This document shows, in pieces, positions 18,775 through 25,984 of a stretch of 25,984 nt of DNA. The DNA is from Candidatus Fervidifonticultor sextus (lineage in GTDB: Bacteria > Sysuimicrobiota > Sysuimicrobiia > Sysuimicrobiales > Humicultoraceae): positions 1-25,984 of the forward strand of contig JAVKHQ010000035.1 of NCBI GenBank assembly GCA_031459875.1, given 5' to 3'. A program made the position numbers and the translations under genes. The notes below the pieces were generated by a model. The model made no database searches. It was given only the letters and a program-made list of their open reading frames with translations, and was not told where the DNA came from. Position 1 is the stretch's first letter, and each line of letters starts with the position of its first letter.

Positions 18775-19634
18775 CACCTCGGGGTGGCGGCCTGCGGGTT
18801 GAGCCAGGCGTCGAGATCCTGCCCGACCGCCATCAGGGCGAGCGAGGTGAGGACGATGGCCGCCGCCGGCGGGCCGGCCCACCAGGCCCACGCGTCCGTG
18901 GTGAACAGCAGCGGATGGGCGAAGGCCTGGTGCAGGATCAGGCCCCAGCTCGGGCGGGCCGGATCGCCGAGTCCGAGCAGGCCCAGCGCGGCCTCCAGCA
19001 GGATCGCCCACCGCACCGTGAGGAGGAACTTCGCAGCCAGGATCGGCGCGATCTCCGGCAGCACGCTGGAGTGCACGATGCGGGATGCCGTCGCGCCGGC
19101 CGCCCACGCGGCCTCCACGTAGACCTGTGCCATCGTCACGCGCACCTGCGCGGCCACGATGCGGGCGAATCCGGCCCACCCGATGAGGACCATGGCCGCG
19201 ACCAGCGGCCAGAAGCCCGGCCCCGCGAACATCACCAGCAGCACGACCACGGGAATCCCGGGGATGGCCAGGAAGAGATCAATAAGGACCAGGAGTCCCC
19301 GCCGCCCCTGCTCCCACATCGCTGCGGCCGTGCCCGCGGCCGCCGACAGGATCGTGCTGGCCCCGGCGACCAGGACGCCGAGGAGCAACGAGGTGCGCGC
19401 CCCGTAGAGGACCTGGCTGAGCAGGTCCTGGCCGAGCGCGTTGGTCCCGAGCCGGAAGCGCGCATCCGGCGGCGAGACCGGCCCGCCGACCGACTGGTGG
19501 GGATCGTAGGGCGCCAGGTGCGGCGCCGCGATCGTCAGGACGAGGACGAGACCCAGGGCGGCTCCGCCTGCCCCCGCGGCGGCGAAGCGGCGCCGCCCGC
19601 GGCGGATCCGGCCGTCTGGCCCGCTCCCGCTCAT
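18774..19634 (-). CDS. ABC transporter permease (DppC/NikC family)
   Basis: APYDP, LGTNALGQDLLSQVLYGARTSL, EAA loop YVEAAWAAGA, LGLGDPARPSWG, WW-GPP. Confidence 0.92.
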   Translation of the reverse strand: MSGSGPDGRIRRGRRRFAAAGAGGAALGLVLVLTIAAPHLAPYDPHQSVGGPVSPPDARFRLGTNALGQDLLSQVLYGARTSLLLGVLVAGASTILSAAAGTAAAMWEQGRRGLLVLIDLFLAIPGIPVVVLLVMFAGPGFWPLVAAMVLIGWAGFARIVAAQVRVTMAQVYVEAAWAAGATASRIVHSSVLPEIAPILAAKFLLTVRWAILLEAALGLLGLGDPARPSWGLILHQAFAHPLLFTTDAWAWWAGPPAAAIVLTSLALMAVGQDLDAWLNPQAATPR

Positions 19635-20593
19635 GGAGGTCCCGCCAGCCGGGGATCGAACCAGGCGGCCAGCAGGTCGAGGACCAGCGTGACGGTCAGC
19701 ACCGCCAGGCTGGTGGTGAACACGACGCCCTGCAGGACCGGGAAGTCCCTGGCCGCGACCGCCTGGTAGAGCAGCCAGCCCATGCCCGGGTACGCGAAGA
19801 TGCGCTCGACCACGGCGGCGCCGGCGACGGCGGCGGCCAGGCGCAGGCCGAGCAGCGTCGCCACCGGCGGCAGCGCGTTGCGCAGCGCGTGCCAGGCGAC
19901 GCGGCGGGGCGGCAGGCCTTTGGCCCGGGCGGTCACCAGGTACGGCTGCCCCAGCACCGAGACCGCAGCCCCCCGGACCAGCAGCGCAAACGGCGGCGCA
20001 AAGCCAATGGTCAGCACGAGGCCCGGCAACGCTGCATGCCAGAGGACGTCGGCCAGGACGCGCAGGGGACTTCCGCCCGCTTCGAACGGGGTCGAGGCCC
20101 CTCCGGCGGGGAACAGCGGCCACCGCGAGGCCAGGAACACGATCGCCAGCATCGCCACCAGGAACTCGGGCAGGGTCCCGACCCCGACGAGGGCGGCCTG
20201 CGCCGCGCGCGCGAGGCGCGCCTGCGCCTTCCACGCGGCGAGCCACCCGACCAGTCCGCCGATAACTGCGGCCAGCAGCACGGCGCCGCCCACCAGGAAC
20301 AGCGTCCAGGGCAGCCGCTCGGCCAGGATGTCGGTCACCGGGCGATGGCTGACCAGCGACGTGCCCAGATCGCCGCGGGCCAGTCCGGCGAGGTACCGGA
20401 CGAACTGCACGGCCACGGGGTCATCGAGATGATAGGTCTGGACCAGCGCCTCGCGCGCGGCGGCGGGGAGCAGGACGGCCTCGGCCCCGCTCCCTCCTGC
20501 CACCGGACTCCCCGGCAGCAGACGGGGCAGGAAGAAGTTCAGGACGACCACCGCGCAGACCAGCCCGGCGAAATGCGCCAGACGGCGTCCCAC
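19631..20593 (-). CDS. ABC transporter permease (DppB/NikB family)
   Basis: LNFFLPRLLPGSP, GDLGTS, RLPWTL, YLVTARAKGL, HALRNALPP, VERIFAYPGMG, RDFPVLQG. Confidence 0.93.
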   Translation of the reverse strand: MGRRLAHFAGLVCAVVVLNFFLPRLLPGSPVAGGSGAEAVLLPAAAREALVQTYHLDDPVAVQFVRYLAGLARGDLGTSLVSHRPVTDILAERLPWTLFLVGGAVLLAAVIGGLVGWLAAWKAQARLARAAQAALVGVGTLPEFLVAMLAIVFLASRWPLFPAGGASTPFEAGGSPLRVLADVLWHAALPGLVLTIGFAPPFALLVRGAAVSVLGQPYLVTARAKGLPPRRVAWHALRNALPPVATLLGLRLAAAVAGAAVVERIFAYPGMGWLLYQAVAARDFPVLQGVVFTTSLAVLTVTLVLDLLAAWFDPRLAGPP

Positions 20594-20597
20594 GGGC

Positions 20598-22187
20598 CTA
20601 CCTCATCGGAAGGAAATCTGACGGCGTGATCAGGGCGAGTTTGTTCTCGACCAGCGGGATCCCGTTCATCAACCCTCCCCGGGCGGGCACCGGGGTAAAC
20701 TTCCGGCTGTCGTAGACCCAGTAGAACCGGCGGTAGTACAGCACCAGCGTCGGGAGTTCCTCGGCCAGGATCGCCTGCATGGCCGCCACCACGCGCCGGC
20801 GCGCCCCGACATCCAGCATCCCGACCTGCGCGGCGGCCAGCGCCTGGAACTCCGGGTGCGAAAACGCGCGGCTCTGCCCGAACAGGTTGGCCTCGTCGCC
20901 CACAAACCAGCGCCGCAGGTAGTCGGGGTCTCCGCCGGCCCCGATGTGGAAGGTGAGGGCTGCCTGGAACCGCGCCTCGGCGATCAGGGCGGCACGCGTC
21001 TGGGCGTCCACCGTGCGCAGCGTGACCTCGATGCCGACCTCGCGCAGCATCCGCTGGAGCAGCGGCGCGACGGGCGAGGGGCTGGTGACGATCTCCACAG
21101 AAGGCGCCGCCAGGCCGGCCTGCGCCAGCAGCGTCCGTGCCCGGGCAGGATCGAACGGATAGGCACGCAGGTTCGGCGCAGCCCAGGGATCCCCCGGAGG
21201 GATGACTCCCGGGCTGCCCGGCAGCCCCGGCCCGCGGGTCACCAGCGTGGCCAGCTGCATGCGGTTAGTGGCGTACGCGATGGCCTGGCGGACCGGCTTC
21301 CAGTCCAGCGGCGGCCGCTCCAGGTTGAACAGCAGGCGCGCCACGGACAGCGGCTCGGTGGCCCAGACCCGCAGGTAGGGGTGGTCGGCGAAGGCCCGCA
21401 CGACGTCGTAGGTGTCGGCCATGGCCACATCCGCCTGGCCGCTCTGCACCGCGAGGATCTGACGTTCCGCCGGCAGCACGCTGTAGCGGATCTCGTCGAA
21501 GCGCGGGCGGCCCCGGAAGTAGCGCGGGTTCGCCACGAACCGGTAGTCGCCGGCAGCAGGGCGGTACTCGGCCAGGCGGTAGGGGCCCGAGCCGACCGCC
21601 ACGGCCGGCGTCTGGGCGCGGCGCGGCTCGTCGATCCCCTGCCAGACGTGGGCGGGAATGATGGGGACAGTCCCGGCGACCTGTTCCAGGAACGGCGCGA
21701 ACGGTTCCCGGAGGACGACCGTGACGGTGTGGAGGCCCTCGGCGAGGGCCCGCTCGACGATCCGCGTGTCCATCCAGGCGAACGGATGGACCCGATAGTA
21801 CTCGAAGGTGAACTGCACGTCGCGCGCGGTCAGGGGACGACCGTCGTGCCAGAGGACATCGGGCCGCAGCGCAAACGTGATGCGCCGGCCATCCGGGGCG
21901 ATCCGCCAGGACTGCGCCAGCCAGGGGATCACCCCCTGCGGGTCCTTCCAGGTGAGCGTGTCGTAGAGCAACGAGAGGCGCACGACCCCGCCGGGCCCCA
22001 CGGTCGAGAAGGCGAACGGCGTGGGGAATCCCACATCGGTCCACCAGAGGAGCCGCAGGACCGCAGGAGACCGGGCCTGCGCGGCCGGCGGAAAAGAGAC
22101 GGCGAGGGCGGCCGCCAGGATCGCCGCCGCCCCCAGCGCCACGGCCCTGTGGTCAGAGCGGGTGCTGCGCCGGACGGCCGCACTCAC
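20598..22187 (-). CDS. ABC transporter substrate-binding protein, family 5 (peptide/nickel); Ni uptake inferred from context
   Basis: Signal peptide ending in AQA, LYDTL, PWLAQSW, F-LRPDVLWHDGRPLTARDVQFT, GSGPY. GTG 22187 overlaps the hypC stop (GTGA); 22223 is an alternative start. Confidence 0.9.
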   Translation of the reverse strand: MSAAVRRSTRSDHRAVALGAAAILAAALAVSFPPAAQARSPAVLRLLWWTDVGFPTPFAFSTVGPGGVVRLSLLYDTLTWKDPQGVIPWLAQSWRIAPDGRRITFALRPDVLWHDGRPLTARDVQFTFEYYRVHPFAWMDTRIVERALAEGLHTVTVVLREPFAPFLEQVAGTVPIIPAHVWQGIDEPRRAQTPAVAVGSGPYRLAEYRPAAGDYRFVANPRYFRGRPRFDEIRYSVLPAERQILAVQSGQADVAMADTYDVVRAFADHPYLRVWATEPLSVARLLFNLERPPLDWKPVRQAIAYATNRMQLATLVTRGPGLPGSPGVIPPGDPWAAPNLRAYPFDPARARTLLAQAGLAAPSVEIVTSPSPVAPLLQRMLREVGIEVTLRTVDAQTRAALIAEARFQAALTFHIGAGGDPDYLRRWFVGDEANLFGQSRAFSHPEFQALAAAQVGMLDVGARRRVVAAMQAILAEELPTLVLYYRRFYWVYDSRKFTPVPARGGLMNGIPLVENKLALITPSDFLPMR

Positions 22188-22417
22188 GGTGGGGAGGGAT
22201 CCGAGGTCCACAGCGCGTCCCACACCGCCAGGATCTCGGCGGCCTCGTCCGCGTCGATCTCGCGGATCGCCGACCCGTAGGCGACCAGCACGTAGGTGCC
22301 GACCTCAGGCGCCTCCAGCAACCCGGTGGAAATCTCGCGGAGGCCGTCGGGTCCCTGGGCCCGCGCGCGCCCGGGGCCCAGCAGCGTCACGATGCGGTAG
22401 GGCAGGGCCAGACACAT
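22184..22417 (-). CDS. hypC: HypC/HybG/HupF-family hydrogenase chaperone (variant lacking the conserved His)
   Basis: MCLALP N-terminus, REI, VGTYVLVAYG-AIREIDADEAAE; canonical HypC has GDYVLVHVGFA. Confidence 0.85.
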   Translation of the reverse strand: MCLALPYRIVTLLGPGRARAQGPDGLREISTGLLEAPEVGTYVLVAYGSAIREIDADEAAEILAVWDALWTSDPSPP

Positions 22418-22527
22418 GGTTCCAGAGGCAGTATCGCATACGCCGCCGGGGGCCCGACAATACTCTTCTGACTCGATGGACACCCTCGGACGCCGGCGGT
22501 ACGGTCGAGCCGGAGGGGGGAGAAACC

Positions 22528-22911
22528 GTGTCCACCGTGGACGACGCCATCCGCCGCGCCTACAACGAACTGGGGGAGCGCCGCTTCGCCGGCATCTGCG
22601 GAGCCTACTTCAAGGGGGACGCCTGGTTCGAGGAACACATCCCCGCGTGCTCCCGGCAGGAAGAGGTCGTCCTCCGGAACATCTGCCCGATCTACACCTG
22701 CGCGCAGCAGCGGGGGGTGGAGCACTGCGGGGTCTGCCCGGAGTTCCCCTGCCACCTGCTGCTGCTCTTCACCTCCCACGACGAGCGGCCGGGCGAACGG
22801 CTGGTCTCGGCCGCGATGCGTCAGGCCCTGGGGGAAGACGGCTGGCAGGCGTGGGCGGCGAAGCGGTCGTTTGCCGGGGTGCTCTGTCCGCTGCAGCCGA
22901 GGACGCGCTAG
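22528..22911 (+). CDS. Cys-rich DUF3795-like putative metal-binding protein
   Basis: GTG after GGAGGGGG; CPIYTCAQQRGVEHCGVCPEFPC matches the C-terminal Cys cluster of DUF3795. It is the only convincing + strand gene and is divergent from hypC. Confidence 0.72.
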   Translation: MSTVDDAIRRAYNELGERRFAGICGAYFKGDAWFEEHIPACSRQEEVVLRNICPIYTCAQQRGVEHCGVCPEFPCHLLLLFTSHDERPGERLVSAAMRQALGEDGWQAWAAKRSFAGVLCPLQPRTR

Positions 22912-23098
22912 CCCGACAGGCTCTTCGACGGACTTCGACGGATCGGAAACCAGACGGCGCGGGCGCCGGGCGCCTGCGCCGTCTGCTCATGCTCCTGGCG
23001 GGGTGTGGTGCAGTCTCCGCATCGGTTGGCTCCGACGGGGGGTGAGGAGGGTCTGCACCACTGTCACCCCCGCCAGGATCTCTCTGCGCGCGACCGGA

Positions 23099-23797
23099 CT
23101 ACATCGCCTGCGACCACGCCTTCGTATACGTCGCGTACGGCCTCCGGACGTCATCGGCTTCCGGTGCCGCGGCCAGGTGCAGGACCGGGAAGCCCGCGTC
23201 TCCCAACGCATCCTCCAGATGGAGCGGGTAGGCCGCATCCACCCGGATGACGGCCAGACGGCGATCGCCCTGCCGGTACGTCGCCAGCGATGTGAGGGCG
23301 ACGCCTGCAGCATCCACGACGGACGCGACGCCCGTCACGGCGTTCGGGCGGCCGGAGAGGTCCACCACCAGCCGGGCGCCGCCCTGCCGCAACCCTGTCA
23401 GGTCGATGAACGCCTCGAAGACATCGCTCTCGGTGATCATGCCGACCAGCGCCCGATCCTGCACCACCGGCAGCCCGCCGATCTTCTCGCGGCGCATGAT
23501 GACCGCCGCGGCCTCGATGGGGGCGTCCGGTCCGATGGTAATGGGATCCGACGTCATGATCTCGCGGACCGTCGCCTGGCGCAGCAACGACGGTACCTCC
23601 CAGGCGGACAGGGTCGAGGCCGGTGACGGCTGGGCGCGCATCAGGTCGGTCCACGTTACAATGCCGACGAGGCGGCCCCGCTGCAGGACCGGGAGGCGGC
23701 GGATGTCGTGCTCCCGCATCAACGCCTGTGCCTCGGCCAGGGAGGTTTTGGCGTCGACGGTGATCGCCGGTGATGTCATCCGGTCCCGCACCAGCAT
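23099..23797 (-). CDS. acuB: CBS-pair plus ACT-like protein (second AcuB-like paralog)
   Basis: MLVRDRMT, IRRLPV...GIVTWTDL, PSPASTLSAWE, KIGGLPV...GMITESDVF, G-RL-V, ACT-like tail. Confidence 0.8.
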   Translation of the reverse strand: MLVRDRMTSPAITVDAKTSLAEAQALMREHDIRRLPVLQRGRLVGIVTWTDLMRAQPSPASTLSAWEVPSLLRQATVREIMTSDPITIGPDAPIEAAAVIMRREKIGGLPVVQDRALVGMITESDVFEAFIDLTGLRQGGARLVVDLSGRPNAVTGVASVVDAAGVALTSLATYRQGDRRLAVIRVDAAYPLHLEDALGDAGFPVLHLAAAPEADDVRRPYATYTKAWSQAM

Positions 23798-23832
23798 CGC
23801 GTCGGTCGTCCCTTCCAGCCCGGTCGCGCGCC

Positions 23833-24333
23833 TCAGTCGTGCCCGTGCTGGTCGCCCACCGCCAGCGCGCTGGCGACCTCGCGGTCGGAGAGGTGCCGGA
23901 CCAGCAGGGGCAGGTAGATTTCCTCTTCTTTGCGGTCGTGCGCCTCCACCAGCGCTCGGATCTGGTGGGCCAGGATCCTGGCCCGATCCACGACGGCTGG
24001 ATCGCGCTCTCCCGCCTCGATGCGGCCGGCCAGCGCGGCGAAGGTCTCGATGCGCGCCATGATCTCCCGGTGGTCGACCAGCATCTGGGCGTTGGGGTCG
24101 CCGTGACGACGCACCAGCTCGCCCACTGCCGGGTAGAACGTGAGTTCTTCCCACTCGGCGTGGGGCACGAACACGCGCTGCAGGAATCGCCTGGTCTCGG
24201 CCAGCCGACGCACCAGCGACGGCTCCACCCCGCGCTGCAGCCGATCGAGGGTGTCGGTCATGGCCGCCAGTCCCTCGTCGAGCTGGCTGTGCTCCCGCTT
24301 GTAACCTTCGATAAGGCTGGCCTTGGTGCTCAC
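23833..24333 (-). CDS. Hemerythrin (HHE cation-binding) domain protein
   Basis: EH...HAEWEE-TFYP...DH...HDRKEEEIYLP di-iron ligand pattern; His-rich C-terminus QHGHD. Confidence 0.88.
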   Translation of the reverse strand: MSTKASLIEGYKREHSQLDEGLAAMTDTLDRLQRGVEPSLVRRLAETRRFLQRVFVPHAEWEELTFYPAVGELVRRHGDPNAQMLVDHREIMARIETFAALAGRIEAGERDPAVVDRARILAHQIRALVEAHDRKEEEIYLPLLVRHLSDREVASALAVGDQHGHD

Positions 24334-24369
24334 GGTCCACCCACCCCCGAAGCGAAATCCGTCACCCTC

Positions 24370-24414
24370 ATGGTAGGGACCGACCGCCCGGGCGCCATCG
24401 GGTAGGGAATTGAT
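24370..24414 (-). promoter_or_regulatory. Putative promoter of hemerythrin-acuB: 18-bp palindrome plus -10 TACCAT
   Basis: + strand ATCGGG-TAGGGA-ATTGAT (24397-24414), a 21-nt spacer, then TACCAT on the minus strand at 24370-24375. Confidence 0.5.
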
Positions 24415-24439
24415 TTTCGGTCCTCCGGCGGCAGCGGCC

Positions 24440-24910
24440 TCAGTGGGGGGTCCGCAGCAGGAGGACCGCGACGGCCGCCAGACCCACCCACAGGACGTCG
24501 CTGGCCACGCACCACGCGCAGATGGCGCGCAGGACCGCGATCTGCACCCAGAGCAGGTACAGCGAAAACGTCGTCCCGAAGGCGGCCAGACCGAGCAGGA
24601 CCACGGGGAAGCCTGCGCCAGCCCGGGCCCCGGCTGCGGCGACGGCGGCCACGACGACGTAGAGTCCCAGGCCCCAGGCGGCGATGGGCAGGCCCAGGAA
24701 GCGGGCATAGGGACTGGCGGCTACCTCGTCACACGCGCCGGCCAGGCAGACCGGGGGGATCCCCTGGAGGGCGGTCACGGTCAGGTAACCCGAGATCCCC
24801 GCTCCGGCCGCCGCTAGGCCCGCGGCGGCCCACCACAGACGCCGGCCAGCCGGTCCCGGCGGTGCGGCCGCGGCGGGCCGGGGGACCGGCCTACCTGGAT
24901 TGCGCCGCAC
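24440..24910 (-). CDS. Vitamin K epoxide reductase (VKOR) family membrane protein
   Basis: SGYLT...CLAGACDEVAASPYARFLGLPIA...FSLYLLWVQ...AICAWC: loop Cys pair plus CxxC. The start is uncertain (24910 or 24931). Confidence 0.9.
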   Translation of the reverse strand: MRRNPGRPVPRPAAAAPPGPAGRRLWWAAAGLAAAGAGISGYLTVTALQGIPPVCLAGACDEVAASPYARFLGLPIAAWGLGLYVVVAAVAAAGARAGAGFPVVLLGLAAFGTTFSLYLLWVQIAVLRAICAWCVASDVLWVGLAAVAVLLLRTPH

Positions 24911-25568
24911 GGATCGCGGCACGGAGGACATCCAGGGGCTGGTTGCCGACCAGCCTCCGCTCCCCGATGAAGAGGGTCGGGGTCCCTTCCACACCCAGCC
25001 GCGTCCCTTCGCGGACGTCGGCCTCCACGCGGGCGCGGATCTCCTGGCGCTGCGCGCAGGCGGCGACCGCCGCCGGGTCCAGGCCGGCTTCCCGGATGGT
25101 CGCGTCCACGTCCTCGGCCCCGCGCCAGGCTCGTCGGGCGGTCCGGGCAAAGGCGGCGTCGTGAAACGCCCAGAACCGCTGCTGGTCTGCGGCACATTCG
25201 CCGGCCGCGGCCAGGTACGCCGACAGCGGCGCGACGACGGGGAAGTTCCGATAGACCAATCGCACGATGCCGGGGGCGACGAACTCCCGGACCAGCGCCG
25301 GCTCCACCTCCCGCGCGAAGTCGGCGCAGTGGCTGCACAGGAAGTCCGAATACACCTCGATGACCACCGGCGCGTCGGGCCGACCGAGGATCTTGCCGTC
25401 CGTCTCGACCGCTGGCGCAGACCCAAAAGTAGGTGAGGGCCCGGGTGCCGTCGGCCGGCCCGCGCTCCACCAGTGCACCCCGGCCGCGGCGAGGCCGGCG
25501 CCGACGGCGGCGACGGTGACGAGGATCATGACGGTGCGGTGGGGCCGGTCGCTCTGCCGACGTTTCAT
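24891..25568 (-). CDS. Membrane-anchored DsbA/BdbD-like thiol-disulfide oxidoreductase
   Basis: N-terminal TM, LGRPDAPVVIEVYSDFLCSHC, AGECAADQQRFW-FHD, GVEGTPTLFI (cis-Pro loop). Confidence 0.92.
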   Translation of the reverse strand: MKRRQSDRPHRTVMILVTVAAVGAGLAAAGVHWWSAGRPTAPGPSPTFGSAPAVETDGKILGRPDAPVVIEVYSDFLCSHCADFAREVEPALVREFVAPGIVRLVYRNFPVVAPLSAYLAAAGECAADQQRFWAFHDAAFARTARRAWRGAEDVDATIREAGLDPAAVAACAQRQEIRARVEADVREGTRLGVEGTPTLFIGERRLVGNQPLDVLRAAIRAAQSR

Positions 25569-25984
25569 GCCGCACCGGTCCGCCGGATGGTGAAGACCGG
25601 CACCGACGCGTGCCGGACCACGTGCTCTGCGACGCTCCCGAAGAGGAGGTGGGCGAGCCCGCTGCGGCCGTGGGTGCCCATCACGATCAGGTCCGCCTTC
25701 ATCTCAGCCGCCGCCCTGAGGATCTCCTGGCGGGGCGACCCCTCGACGATCCTGGTCTCCGCGCCCGGCACCCGGGCGGCCAGCGCGGCCATCGAGGTCT
25801 TCGCCTCGGCCCGCAGGTCGTCGAGGAGCGCCTGGGGTGGCGGCGGCATCAGCACACCCCCCGGCCCGCCCATCAGGCCGCTGGCCGTGGTGTCCACCAC
25901 GTGGAGCAGGATGAGCCGGGCGCCGAAGGCCTGGCCCAGCGCCTGCGCCCATTCCAGCGCGGCGTCGGAGCTGGCGGAGAAGTC
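25565..25984 (-). CDS. Universal stress protein (5' end outside the window)
   Basis: The frame is open to the window edge: DFSASSDAALEWA...LILLHVV...GSPRQEIL...ADLIVMGTHGRSG...GSVAEHVVRHASVPV. Confidence 0.92.
   Translation of the reverse strand, partial: DFSASSDAALEWAQALGQAFGARLILLHVVDTTASGLMGGPGGVLMPPPPQALLDDLRAEAKTSMAALAARVPGAETRIVEGSPRQEILRAAAEMKADLIVMGTHGRSGLAHLLFGSVAEHVVRHASVPVFTIRRTGAA

Noticed and set aside
3795..22280. Long + strand ORFs (e.g. 3795..5969, 9793..11127, 10425..11819, 20856..22280) and Arg/Pro/Gly-rich alternative-frame minus ORFs
   Set aside because: These are antisense or off-frame shadows of well-supported genes, expected in very GC-rich DNA, and have no recognisable motifs.
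22430..22464. NikR operator upstream of hypC (AGTAT...ATACT)
   Set aside because: Half-sites and spacing do not fit GTATGA-N16-TCATAC, the bases are better explained as -10-like elements of divergent promoters, and no nikR is in the window.
22912..23098. Small ORFs and a CTTCGACGGA tandem repeat between the DUF3795-like and acuB genes
   Set aside because: Only two 10-bp copies and no recognisable peptide; not enough support.

Overview
A very GC-rich bacterial window in which almost every real gene is on the minus strand; most + strand ORFs in the track are shadow ORFs. Read right to left (direction of transcription), it carries: USP (cut by the window edge), a DsbA-like thiol oxidoreductase with VKOR, hemerythrin with an AcuB-like CBS protein, and a divergent Cys-rich DUF3795-like gene. 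Next come hypC, a Ni/peptide-type ABC binding protein with two permeases (no ATPase), a DUF6390-like protein, hypA, hypB and a cNMP-binding protein. These lead into a complete four-subunit group 3b [NiFe]-hydrogenase (sulfhydrogenase type) and its endopeptidase. Then AcuA/AcuB-like genes, USP, CBS-BON, a four-subunit VOR-type 2-oxoacid:ferredoxin oxidoreductase, an orphan NarL/LuxR response regulator, a P1B-4 metal ATPase, two small proteins (one a membrane protein), tatA-tatC-DUF4321, and a decayed left end (frameshifted AbrB antitoxin with VapC, an IS110 scar, a 5'-truncated DUF4143 gene). Overall it looks like a hypoxia/fermentation (H2-evolving) island. Two signals stand out. (1) The hydrogenase maturation kit is non-canonical: HypA has no zinc-finger domain, HypC lacks its conserved His, hypD/E/F are absent from the window, and a DUF6390-like protein appears to carry its own HypC-like domain with Cys and His. 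(2) An 18-bp palindrome (ATCGGR-N6-YCCGAT) sits 21-23 bp upstream of a -10 box at three internal promoters. All calls come from motif recognition by eye; no searches were run.
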